Positions 33,994-47,111 of a DNA stretch of 64,000 nucleotides are shown here, piece by piece. Position numbers and translations under genes: made by a program. The number at the start of each line of letters is the position of its first letter. Position 1 is the stretch's first letter. Source of the stretch: a virus; IMG/VR virus record IMGVR_UViG_3300045988_126226, positions 67,035-131,034 of that record. One strand, written 5' to 3'. The notes beneath the pieces were generated by a model. It was not told where the DNA came from. It saw only the letters and a list, made by a program, of their open reading frames with translations, and made no database searches.

Positions 33994-34044
33994 TAAAAAA
34001 ATTAGGTTAAATAGTTTCTTTTCCTATTTAACCTAATTTTTTTT
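33994..34044. terminator. Bidirectional terminator hairpin
   Basis: attaggttaaata / tatttaacctaat 13-bp stem between A7 and T8 tracts. Confidence 0.55.
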
Positions 34045-34072
34045 ATATTTAAATCAATGTATTCTGGCCTAT

Positions 34073-34273
34073 TTAAACCTCATACCATTCTTTTAATTCA
34101 CTTTCAGGAACTAAAGGAGAGATGGAAAAAAATTCTTTTCCATCTCTCGTTAATTTCTTATTGTAATCTGCTATTAATCTATACAAAGTAGTCGCAGGAA
34201 TTCCTGTCAACTATATAGAAGATTCAATAATACCGTTAGAACCCATATATCTATAAACAATTTCTTTTTCCAT
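34073..34273 (-). CDS. Small hypothetical protein (66 aa)
   Basis: ATG 34273, 1 TAG, TAA 34073. It lies directly after the stop of the giant gene. Confidence 0.35.
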
Positions 34274-34282
34274 AATTTATCC

Positions 34283-37200
34283 TCACTTTACAATAGGCTC
34301 TTCTTCAAAATTCGCTCTATTAGATATCATTGTTTCATAAATATTGTGTAAAGTATTCTTAACACTTTCACCATAACTAGCAACATAATAATATCTAAAA
34401 CGACCTGTATATCCATTAGCAACAGTAGGCATACCTGTTTGACGAGGGGTAAAAATATTACCAGAACTATCTGCCGTAATCTATTTAATTGGATGTTTAT
34501 TAGTGCCAATCTGTACTTGAATAGCACCAGTATAACCCTTAAACTAATTACCAGACATATTTAAAATTGTCTAACCAGAGAACGCATTTACATCAAAGTT
34601 AAGAATACCATCTTTACATCCTTCTATAATTAAATTATAAGGAGAATAAGATCCCATCTTACTTTGATAGAATGCTTGAGCTCCAAAAGTCAAACCTTCC
34701 GTAGAAGAAGAATAAGGAATTATATTATTACGACTTAAAGGACATTGATAAAATGCTTTAATGCCAATTTTCTTTAAACAATCACTAAACTAAAAATATT
34801 CCAATCCGCTATCTAAAGTAAAAGCATAATCATCTATTACAGAAATTTTATTACTGTCTTTTGGAGCAAAAAATACTGCTGTAATATTACGATTTACTTG
34901 GATACCCACTGCTGCGGATGGATTAACTTGACTGTATTTAATTCTCGTAATTGGCTAACCATTATAGGTTGTAGGTAAAGTGATTTTACCTTTTAAATTC
35001 TTAGCTAAATCAGTCATTACAAATGATAATTCTCCGTCAGAATTTATAATATCATAATATTTATGAGTAGAATCATTAACTAAGATATTGTCATAAACAC
35101 TAACTGGTTCTCCAACAGCATAGAACTCGCGGTCGGCATAAGCTAATTGTTTAGTTAAATCAATTTTAACTCCATCTTTATCCGCCCATCCAGTCTATCT
35201 CCAAGTCCATTCCAATGGGTCTTCGCCCTCCGGTAAATCAGTTACTTCTGTCTTATTAAAGTAATAAAATTCTTCTGGAACAGTAATTTTTTCTCCATAA
35301 TTAAACACTTTTTTTACAGTTGAATCATTAATAACGCGATCGCCATTAACAAAAGTAATTGTATAAGATTTACGTTCGAATTTTGCTTTAAAAATATAAT
35401 CCATTTTATTAGGAAGTAAAGACAAAGAATTCCAAGTGCTTTTTAAAACGACATCTTCTTCATTTACATTTTTTCCAATAGCAATTATTAATTCTCCTGT
35501 ATCGTCTTCCCAACCTTTAAAATCATAAGTTGGCATTTTTTCTTGTAAGCTACCAAAAGAGATATAAGTTTCACTTTCAGGATTTGTTGGATCATCAAAG
35601 AATTTTTTACCACTCGATGATGATAATTTCTAAGTTTTTAAAACTTCCTAAACCAATACTCCATCAATGTCTTCTTTTTCTAAAATAAATTTGGCAGAAT
35701 ATTCTGACTTAACATTTTCTACAAAAATTGTTAGATCAGGATATTTATTCTATAATTCATTCTAAATAACAGACTCATTAATCTAACTATTATTTTTTAT
35801 ATACACAATACCAGATATTTCAGGTTTATTTGTATTAAGACCTCTATAATTATTATAAACGTCAATTAATAAATTATAATCAGTTATTACGCTATGATCA
35901 TCATTGTCTCCATTTATTGTATCTAAATAATAAATCTAATTATTTTTAATATCAGATTTTGTTATTTTATTAACCTAGTCTTTTGGAATAGCAGTTAACT
36001 AAAAATGTCCATTATCTCTATAATAAGATTTCCTTTCTGGATCAAGAGTTGTTTTAGTATCAGTAAGAAGTCTATATGGGCTCCACTAAATATTATTTAA
36101 ATTAATAATACAATTAGATAAATCTAATTTACTATTTTTACTAGCCGAAACATATTTGCGTAATAATTTATAACTATTATAACCTAAATTACCGCCTCGA
36201 ATATCAAAAGTTCTTATTTCGGTTTTTTCTTTTCCTTCTTCGGCATCAGTAAGATCCTAAATATATAAGCCACGATTTTCATCTAAAATTTCAAGTTTTC
36301 CAGTAATCGAATTCTTTTCAGGATATACATAATTAGTTATTAATTTCGTTAATAAATTAGCTTCTATTAAACTTAAATAATTTGTTCGATTGGTTAAATA
36401 TAAAGTATTTAAAGCTACTCCAGGAGCAAAATTAACTCTTGGAATATTAGATTTAGTATTTCTAAAGTTTTCAAGCTTTTCGCTCTTAGTTAAATCTAAT
36501 GCTCCTTGGTCTTTTTTAAAGTTAATATTGCAAAGATTTATTTCTTTAAGTAAAGGCATTCCACCTTTTGAGAAAGACCAATCGTTTACATCATTATTAA
36601 AATATTCATTACCACTTTCATCTTTCCCGTCATACCCTAATAACAAATCAGTTAAACGCTCCATTTTTCCTTCAGCAGCAAATTCTTGGAAATATAATTT
36701 ACTTAAATCACCGAGAGATTTCATTTGATCCATTCCATAAATATAATATAATTGTTCTTTATAATTACCGCTACTTATAATTCCTTTTTTAATATCAGGA
36801 GCTACATATTTAACTGGTTCTAAACCATTATATTTCTTTGAAGGAAAATTCTCTCCATCTGTACCAATAGTAACATAGGCATTGCGCGCGGGCTCCATAC
36901 TAATCCAATATTCGCCATCAAACATATGATTTTTTTCTTCAAATTCAACATTATTTTTCCAATATTGAGAATTTGTAATTAATCCATCCATATTCTAAGT
37001 ATTAGTGCCTTCAATCCATTTATCAGATGTATTTTTAGGATTATTTGCAGAAATACGGCTTCTAATATAACTTCCTCCACCATTTCTGGCATAAGTACCA
37101 ACAGTTAACCAAGAGTCAATATAATTAAGACGATTGGCTAAAAATTGCGCACGATAAAGATTTCTATCTCCTTGTAAAGCATAAAAATATTTATCATCTT

Positions 37201-40200
37201 CAACCTCATATGACCCTCCGTCAGTTAAGCGACCAAACACTGGCATATTTTCAGCTTTAGAATTTGTTGGAATAATATACTTAAATTCTTCATCTAAACT
37301 TAAAGCAATAATTGGTCGATCTCCCAAAGCAGCGTAGCTATCAAGAAATACCGATGGATCAGTACGATACCATTTATCTACAATATCACTTTTTTTAGCC
37401 CCGCTTCCGGCTCCTTTAGTAAAAATTTTATTTACTCTTGAATCATTTGGACTATAAGAATTATTTTGAGTTCCCATTAATTGCTTATACTTATCCACCA
37501 TCTTACTTCTAAAGAAAGTGTAAAAATTATTCCAAAGAACACTATCGTTAGTTGAAAAACTTCCTTCTTCAGTAGCATCAATATAGTATTCAAAAGATGG
37601 GATACCAGTATTATTAATACCTAATTGAGTATCAATATCATAAAAGATAGGATACCAAACATAATGTTGTTTGCCAGTAGATTTTTGAACATTGCCTTTT
37701 TGAGGCCCCCAAGAAGCAAACATTGCATTTTTTCCACGAGAATCATAACATTCAAAAATTTCTGTCATTAAAAGGTAAGAAGCTAAATATTCAATATCAA
37801 AGAAATTACTTAATTCATTTTTAAATTTAGCTTGACGGTATTCTTTACTATCTTTAGTATAAGTAATAGAGCCATAGGTTACGGGGTTAGGTAATTTCCA
37901 TCTTTCCTCAATACCTTCTTCATTTTTATTAAAAGAATAATAATCTAAAGAAGAATTAAATTTATCAGAACTTAATACATAAATTTCATTTTTACTATCA
38001 GTTAAAAGATAATAAATATTTGCTTTATATACTTTATCTGAATTATTTGTAAGTTTTATGCTTACATACTTTAAACTATTATTTTCATTAATCTACTTAT
38101 AATATCTTGTTTCAGAGTTATATTCTTCAGAAGTTAATTTATAAATAATTTTTCCATTTTCATTAACTCCATCCTCAACATAATAGACATTAGGAACATA
38201 TATGGCTTCAGCTAATCCATCAACTTTAGTATAAATGCCCATAGATGGAATTTTTAATTTCTATCCATCATCAAATTCAATATCGCAATCTAAACAAGTA
38301 CTCCATACCCAACTAACTGCGTCTTCCCAGTTAGACATTAAAGCTAAGAGCAATTCTTGTTTACTTGTATCATTAGCAACATTAAATTCTATTTCTTCTC
38401 CATCTGGATTCTTTATAATCCATTTAATAGATTTTACACCAGTAATTTCATCAACTATTTCTTTTTTAGTAAGTCTATCTGGGGCTACATTTTTTAATTC
38501 TTCCCCAACAATCTTAGTCTATGTCCCATCTGGATCAAGCCATTCTTTTAAACTAAATAAATTATCAGCAATTAAATCATCATTTGGATTATATCTAGGC
38601 TCAAAAGAATCAATAACTTTTGGCGCACCTTTAATTAATTCAGGATTATCTCCGTCTGGAGGTATTACCATATTAGGATTTCTAAATGATAATTTATAAC
38701 GATTCCAAGGATCACGGAAAGAACAAAAAGTTCTTGAGTTGTTCTAAAATTCCCAACATTCTGCCATATCTCTTACTTTAGGACTTCCAATAATTTGATT
38801 TTGTAAAATCTTTTTATTTGGCTTAAATCCGAAACACTCATCTGAGCCTTTATCTAATAACATATTATATTTGCCAATAAAAATACAGTTATTACTATTT
38901 TCCTTAGAGTAAGTATTATCATCGTTGGACATATAGTGGAAAGCTAAGACGGGGAATCCTTTTACCGAAGTGCGATAATCTTCTAAATTTCCATATAAAT
39001 TATAATTATCAAAAGAATCTTTATAGTCTTCTACTGGATGTTTAGAATAAATCTCGTTAACTAAATTAGCAAATCCTCTATTATAATCTCCAGAAGATTC
39101 CATAAAATCTATTTTTAAAGTAAATTTAGTAGTACCGACTGTCTTATTATCCATATAAAACCATTCTAAATAACAAGGATGTTTAGTTATATCTTCATTA
39201 TACTAGTCTCCTGCTTTTTTATAGTCTTCAGCAAATGGACCTCTATTTAAAAGCATTGATTCTTTGCATTTAGCTTTATAATTACGACGAGGATAAAATT
39301 GTGAAGAAGTACCTTGAACTTGGAAAGTACATCCATTAAGAACAGTTATAAAACTAGGACAATGATGCATATAATAATTCTATACCGCAGTATATTTTAC
39401 TACTTCTTCCTATGTTTCTTCATTTTTTTCGATTACAGGTTTCCATCCTTCTTTTATAGCAACTTTTTCTAATTCACCACTATTGTAAGCAGCGTCTAAA
39501 GCAGTGTTAACAAATTCTAAAGTTCCTTCCTAGCTTCCTTTTGCTTTAGAATAAGGTAATCTATTATCCGTATTATTTTTATTATTTTTAGTAGTCCTTA
39601 GAATAATATAGGGCATTAAAGGTTCAGTCGGATGATTATCATTATACTTTTTCATTTTAGTATAAGAAAATACATCATCTTTTAATACCGTATTGTTTTC
39701 ATAAAGATCTTTTTGGTCCCATTGTTTTATACTTCTCTTATCAAAAGCGTAATTTTGGACTATTTCAGGAATAGTTAAATCTGTATCATAAACTCTAATA
39801 CTATAAATATCAATATCACAAGTATTAGACATAAATTTAATGAAATCAGAATCAATATTCCAAACATCACTACTACAACGTACAACACTAGTTAAAACGC
39901 CATTCATAAAAATTTCTAATAATTTAGAATTTCCGCCTTCTATATCACTTTTCTTTTTAGTATAAACAAATGAAAGATTTAGCATTTCATTTTCAATAAA
40001 ATCAACTGAAACTGTTTCTTGAGCGCCATTGGCTGTAAATACAGCATCCTATGGACTAAAATAAATACCAGGAGATACAGAGCTTCCTAATTTACCATAC
40101 GCACAAACTAAATTCTTTAAATTAAAGTCTTGTTCTATTTTATTATACTCTAAATCATCATAAGTATAATTAGTTGTCGGTAAATATTCTTTAGTTAAAA

Positions 40201-42031
40201 ACTCATCATAATTAAGATATTTATTTTGGGCTTTAAATTTATCCCAAGCATCATTATCTTCCCAATTATCTTTACTTACTTTATATCTAGTATATTTAGT
40301 TATAACTTTAGCATAATTTTGAGGATTCTTTATTTTAAATTGAATCTCAATAGTAGCAGATGATGATCCATCTTTAAAAGCCATTTTTCCGACTGGGATA
40401 GATACTTCAGCACCATTACTTACTCGTAAACAAGTCGTATTATTTTCATCGAAAATCCAGCCATTATTATACCAATTAAAATTTTTAAATTCTACGTATT
40501 TATTATTATTAATTAAATAAGTTTCACGGCCTAATTTTCCCTCTGAATTAGAACGACCAGTAGCTATAAAATTAACTTTTAAATTATCTTTTTTTGCTAA
40601 TTTCATATCTCTTAAAGGATCAATTAAAATTGTAAAATTAAAATTACGAGAATAAGAATAAGGGTCAGTACCAACTTTAATAGTATAATAAGAGCTATCA
40701 TCTACAGTTAAATTAGTAATTTCCCAATATTGCCATTCTCTAACCTGTGAACTATCTAATTCTCTAGTTCCTACTTGAACGCCATTCTTATAAAGAGTTA
40801 TAAAAGCTCCATTATTATTTGGGTCTAATACTTTAAAAGGAATTCTTATTGTCTCATAAGTATAATATTCTGTCTTAAAATCTTGTACCCAAATTAAAGG
40901 CATTTTATTGCCTGATTCTTGAATAACAATTTCCTTTTGAATAAAATCTGTTCCCGCGCCTTTTTTAGAATTATTCATTAAATACAACTTTGCTTTTATT
41001 ATATGCTCACCATGAGTAAAATAATTTTTTAAAGTAGAAACTTTGTCAACCCCTAATATATTTGTATCAGGAGTAATAACAAAAGAATCTTCAGAAGAAG
41101 AATCAGTATCACTATAAGTTCTATCTAAAACTAAATAATCATCAAAATAAACTTCAACAGATCTGGCGATATCTTCAGACATTAACCAACTAACAGATAT
41201 TTGTCCATTATCAATTGGACTATCATTACTAAAACTACTTTCTTTCCAGCTAAAAGAGAGATGATGCTTATTAATATTAATAGTATCAGAGCTTTTCTAA
41301 AATCTATTATTTTCTTCATCAGGATTATAATAAATACTAAAATTAATCTCACTAGAACATGAATTTCTTAAAATATTAGTTAAATCAATTTCTTGTGAAA
41401 TATTATGTTCATAAGTAGTAGGAGGAGAAGTGTAATATACTTCTTTTTCTGTAGCACTTTTAATTTCACTTATAGTTATAATTCCTTGCACAGAAGAAGA
41501 TTGCGGAACGCCACCAACAGTTCTACATTTAACCAAAACTTTTACTTTAACATTTTCTTCATTTAAGATATCAACAGGGCTGTCAGATGGAATTCTTGTT
41601 AAAGAAACAGTTCCTAAAACTTTTTGTTCAGAGTCTCCTTCTCCGCCACCGCCCGCCCCGGCGACAGTTAATTTTTCACATCTCGCACATTCTTCGCGGT
41701 TTTCATTTAAAGCAAAACCTAAAATTCGATAAAAACATCCGTCTAAATTTAAAATTAAATCATCTATATGACAATTTGTTATAGATAATTTTGATAAAAG
41801 AATTAAATAAGCCACTGGGTTTTCATCCGCATCATATTCAATTTCCACAGTATTATCTGTACCGTAAATTACCTGAACACCACTAGATCCTATTGGCATT
41901 TTATTTTCAGTTGCCGTATCTAAATAAACTCGGCCTGTATCTGTTGCCACATAAAAATATCCATCGCTTTGAGGATATTCTTTTATTTTTTCTTCTGGGC
42001 CCTATACAGGACGAAAACGTATCTTAGACAT
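34283..42031 (-). CDS. Giant multidomain virion/tail-associated protein, about 2582 codons, TAG-dense
   Basis: RBS agaaaggagt plus ATG 42029-31. Frame (position mod 3 = 2) carries dozens of TAGs but no TAA/TGA until TGA 34283-85. It unites ORFs 41297..41950, 40049..41182, 39530..39985, 38744..39154, 36995..37768, 36257..36991 and 35195..35536. The gaps between them were checked codon by codon. LRR-like and beta-sandwich-like segments are present. Confidence 0.6.
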
Positions 42032-42051
42032 AATTTACTCCTTTCTATCCT

Positions 42052-42090
42052 AAAAAAAATATGGGGAAAGAATATTTCATCTTTCCCCAT
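42052..42090 (-). terminator. Terminator hairpin
   Basis: atggggaaaga / tctttccccat stem next to an A-tract. Confidence 0.5.
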
Positions 42091-42149
42091 AAAAACATTC
42101 TTCTATATAAAATAGAAAAAATTATATTTATTATTAAATAGTATTGCCC

Positions 42150-43796
42150 TTAGAATGTTCCCCACTCTAACTCAAAATTAACTTTAGCATTATCGGTCAC
42201 AGTTGCCGCAGAAACATTAACCTTTAAGCTATCACTAGCGAAAACAAGTGGTTTACCTTCAAGATCAGCGCCAGCAACTTTGAGATTAGGAATTAAAGTA
42301 TCAGTACCATTTACTGTATAATCTGCGTTGGCAATTTCTTGGTGAGTATTCTTTACAGTAAATGTTTTTTTAGTAGATTTAATTACATGGCCTTGAGCAT
42401 CAATTTCAGTTGGTTCATTAATAACAATAGTCTACTCATCGGCATAATCTTGAGAGACTGGAGTATTCACAGTTAAAGTATTACTATGTTTAATAGTAAT
42501 TTCTTTCACTACTGAACCAGTTTGAGCCTTTACTTCTAACTCAATACCTTCTTCACCTTTAAGGACATAATTTAAAAGTTCTTTAGTAGGACCAAGCTTA
42601 ATAATAAATCCAGCATTACTGTTATCATCAGCTCCTTCAACCTCAGTAACAGGATCATCAGCAGAAGGAACATAAGTCCAACTAATAGTACCAGTAATAA
42701 CACCATCAACTTCTTTACCAGAAGCGATAATTAAATCTCCAGGACGTAAGTAATGACCGTTCCAAAGAGTGTCTTCAGCGCCAGTATAAATAAAGGTATT
42801 ACCTTCAGCAATTTCAGTAATATCAGCGCTATCATAAATAATGGCTCCATCTTTAACGTGGAATCCGCCACGGAATATCATAGCGTTAATAGTTCTAAGC
42901 TGATTATCAATATCTTGTTTACTATAAACAGGAAGAGTTAAAACACCATGTTTAAATTTATAACTGCCATCCTTGCCTTCTAAAGCAATTTCTGGATCAA
43001 TATCAGCAGATAAAGTTGTACTATTACCAGCTCCTTCAACACCAGGACCGCTAATAGAAGCAGTAAAACCAGTACCATTAGCGTGATTAATTATGTTGAT
43101 ATCATTAACTGCTTTATCAACACTTAAAGTATAACTACCAGCGGGGTTTTCAGCAATATTAACATTACTGCCAGCGATAATATTAAAATTACCCGCATCA
43201 GTATCAGCATTTTTTAAATTAACATTTAAAGTTTTACCACTTAAAGAAGAGGTTAATTGATAGTTAATTCCTTTTAAACTTAATTTAACAGTATCTACAC
43301 CCTTATCATCAACAGCAGGAACTGCTTCAACTTGAATATAATCACTACCGATAATATCATAAGTCTCAGTAATAATATTACCACTGCTGTCAGCAATAGT
43401 ATTGGTTATAGAAGCGCCATTGGGTTTTTCAGGATTACTATCTACTGATACATTACTAACTTCTTTATTAGTATCTAAAACAGTATCAGTGTTAGTTTGA
43501 ATCCAACCTTTACCATTATTAATACATAAGATATTTTTATCTTTTACATAATAAAATTCGCCAGCAGTATTTTGGTTAAAACTTTGAGGTAAACCTGCGG
43601 TAGTATCAACTACATTAATACCTTGATTTACAGGAACACAATTATTTTCATCTACACCATAATAAAGACGACTTGGTTTTTTATAATCATCAGCGGATTT
43701 ATTATCATTAATTACTAAATAAAACGCACCAGGTTTATATCTACCTGCCACCTTTTCAAATTCGGCTTGAGAGCCTTTTAAAAACTTAACGTTCAA
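42150..43796 (-). CDS. Tail fiber protein
   Basis: TTG 43796 with RBS aaaggagtg. N-terminal KFLKGSQAEFEKV...AFYLV phage-fiber N-terminal pattern. ORF 42432..43796 continues through TAG to TAA 42150. Confidence 0.55.
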
Positions 43797-43810
43797 TCTT
43801 TTTCACTCCT

Positions 43811-44392
43811 TTAAATATCAGCCCAAGAAACAGTTTGTTCAACTGCTTCAACACGAGTTACCAAATTATCAGGACCCTTATCTACTAAATATTTATTAGC
43901 TATATTAATTGTTTCAATATCTCCCTAAGTTAATGTTCCTACTGGCATATCAATCCATGTACCAGCATCAGTAAGAATATGTTTTCCTTTAGTTTCATGT
44001 AAAGAAACTGGAACTAAACCCGGAACCGCACCCTTAAAAACAGGAGCTAATTTAGCTAAATTTTCTTCCGTAGATAATTTTTCAACAATAGAATTAATTA
44101 AAGTTTCATTATTTTCTAAGCCCTAATTAACCCATTTTTTTTGTTCTTCGTTATAAATTAAAACTTGATTTGTTTTAACTTCATTGAGAACAATATCACT
44201 TAAATCGCTTAGCTTACCCCCGGAACTAATTCCACCGCAAATTAAACGACTACCTAAATAAAGTTCTCCAGAAGAATCATTTTCCCCATAAATAAAATAT
44301 AAAGTATCATTGTCTCTTTTGGTTCCTAAACTTTCAAAAGCAGTTTTAGAACCTCTAACAAATTTTACATATTTATTTAATGTATTAGGCAA
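43811..44392 (-). CDS. Short tail fiber-like protein
   Basis: N-terminal KFVRGSKTAFESL...TLYFI repeats the fiber N-terminal motif. 1 TAG, TAA 43811. Confidence 0.45.
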
Positions 44393-44440
44393 GATAATCG
44401 ACTCCTTTCTATTATTTATAAAATCTTTTTAATCAATACT

Positions 44441-44475
44441 AAAAGGGTTTGGCCTATTAAGACCAAACCCTTTAT
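44441..44475 (-). terminator. Hairpin terminator
   Basis: aagggtttgg / ccaaaccctt stem. Confidence 0.45.
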
Positions 44476-44480
44476 TTAAA

Positions 44481-46757
44481 TTAAGTTGTTTCAGATGGAG
44501 TATCAGTATTGTTTGAATTTTTCTTTAAAGCATCAACATCAGTTCTTAATCCAGTAATTAAATCATTTAATTCTGTATCTTTATCCTATAATGCTTTAAT
44601 AGTTTTATTCAATTCCGCGTTTTTATTTTGTAAAACTACAATTAAATCAAACATTCCTACTACTGTTTTAGCTCCATTATCTCCAGAAGTCGCATTATAT
44701 GTAAGACCACGCACTGCGCTTTCATTTAATTTGCCACTTACTAAAGTATTTATATCAGCTAATGTGCCAGTATAGCCACCTAAAAGATTAGTTTTTAAAG
44801 TATTTAAACTACTCATAGTAGCTACTTTATTACTATTGCTATAAGTTCCATCAAAAGTAATAGGTAAATCACTTTCTTGTAAAGCACTTCTTGAAACAGT
44901 TATTAAACCATCTTTTTCTTCTACTGCCGTAACAAATTGTTTATCTACTTTATTATCAGTTTTATCTAATTTATCAATAGCCTATTTAATACTATAAGCA
45001 ACAGAATTAGTCGTAGATGCAGTTCCATTTAATACATCAATTTTATCACTTAAATTGCTAATACTATCTCTATCACTATTAATTCCCTATCTTAATCCAT
45101 AAAGAGTCGGGATAGTATCTTTACCAAAACTATTGTTAGATTGACCTAATAGAGTATTATATTTACTATCACTATTATCAATTAATTTACTAATACTATC
45201 ATTAAGAGTTGTATCTTTAGTAATAGTATTTAATTTATTGTTAATAATATACCCTTTGCCTAATGCTAAAGTTCCTAAATAAGATTTCTCACTACTTAAA
45301 GCTCCAGTAGTATCAGTGAAATTTAAAGAAGTAAAAACATTGCCTTCTTTAGTATTAATGTAAGAACCTTTTGGAATACTAACTGAAAATGTTTCTTCTT
45401 TTACAATATGACCCGCTCTATCAGTAAATAATTTAGGTAATTTTATAGAAGAACCAAAAGTACCAAAATCAACATCTTTACCATAACTTTTTGATGCTTT
45501 ACTTACATCCAAATTATTATGAGTAATTTTAATAACTCCGTTATTCTTCTCAATATTAGCATCTACTGAAATCAAATTATCTCCTTCGATAGTTGCGGAT
45601 TTCATATAATTATCATTAATATCATTATCAGTTTCAGTAGAAAAATAAATAAGCTTATTAGTATCTAATTTATCTAAACTCATTTTTCTATTAAGGGTAT
45701 TTAAAGCACCTTTAATGTTAGTTTTATCAAAATTAGTAGTGGAATCATTGCGGTTTTGGCCGTAAAGTAAATCATAGGTATCACATACCGCATTACCAAG
45801 AGCAGGAAGCTTTACAACAAGAGATTTGCGGTCGTAGCCGTCTTCGATCGGTTCACCAACAACATTGTCCTATTCTACATTATAATAAAATCTATATCCT
45901 GACTAACTTAATTTATAATTAATACTATTTTTTGTAGTATTATCGTAAGAACGTTTTGTTTTACTAAATCCTTCTTTATTATAATAAATATTATTATCGT
46001 CTAAATCAAGCTGGAAATTAGTAGGAACTCTTAATTTATAAAGTAAATTCGTGCTACTTTGATCTGTGGTTATCGCAGGTCCAAGCTCACTTTCTAAATA
46101 ATAAACGCGCCCCTCAGTTTTAGTATCATTATTATCTAATTTATAATGACTATCAATTTCATCATAATAATAATACTTACCTGGTTGGTATACAATACTA
46201 GCATTATCAACCGCAACATAGGGATCTTGAGGAAGTAGTGGGTAAATTGAAAAATTAGGAACAACAGTATTTAATTCAGCAATCTAAACATAAGTCTCTT
46301 GATTATTGATGTATTGTTTTATCCAAACTGTAGAATCATAACCGCGACCATAAACAGGATAATCTATTTGATAATTTAAATTATACTATTCATCATCTAC
46401 TCTATCATTAGTAATTCTAGTGAGATATTTCCACTCTTTAGTCCCGCTCGCGGTTACATTTCCCACATATAAATACCATTGGTTGCTTCTTTTAACTTTT
46501 ACTAATTTTCCATTCTCACATAAAATAATATGAGAATCACTTCTATCAGAAGGATCATCATACATAATTTTATTATCAAGATATCCTACTAAATATTGAG
46601 TGGCGGGAAGACCATATTCAACTAAAACATAGCGTCCTAAAAAGATACCATCACTCGTACAACTATTATCCATTTGAAGTCTATTGCTGTAAATTTTATC
46701 AAAAGTAAAGGTTGTTTTTGAAGTATTAGTTATATTACCATAAAAACCCATTATCAA
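44481..46757 (-). CDS. Tail structural protein (about 758 aa)
   Basis: ORFs 46386..46757, 45087..45683 and 44586..44816 are in one frame with the gaps checked; TAA 44481. Confidence 0.55.
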
Positions 46758-47098
46758 CCCTCCTCAAATAAATAATCTATAATAAGATATGCTTCTTGAT
46801 TTTGATTAATCAAATTCATAGAGCTTCTATCAAATTTAATCAAATTAATAGTAGAAATACCTTCTAAATCTAATTCATAAATACCAGTATTTCCAACAAT
46901 AATAGCATTAGTGCTATCATTTAAATAAAATTTCGTTCCTGGCAAAGTCTAAATGCCTAATTGAGTAATTAATACATTTTGATTATTATTTTTAAATGCG
47001 GTTCCTGTAATTAATTTACTCATATTAACATCACTTGGATAGTTCTTAGAATTAAGACCTTCACCATAATAACGAATTTGTCTTATCTTTCTTGCCAT
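46754..47098 (-). CDS. Small tail-module protein (114 aa)
   Basis: RBS aaggagg plus ATG 47098. The TGA stop overlaps the next ATG as ATGA. Confidence 0.45.
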
Positions 47099-47111
47099 TT
47101 AGTGGTCCTCC

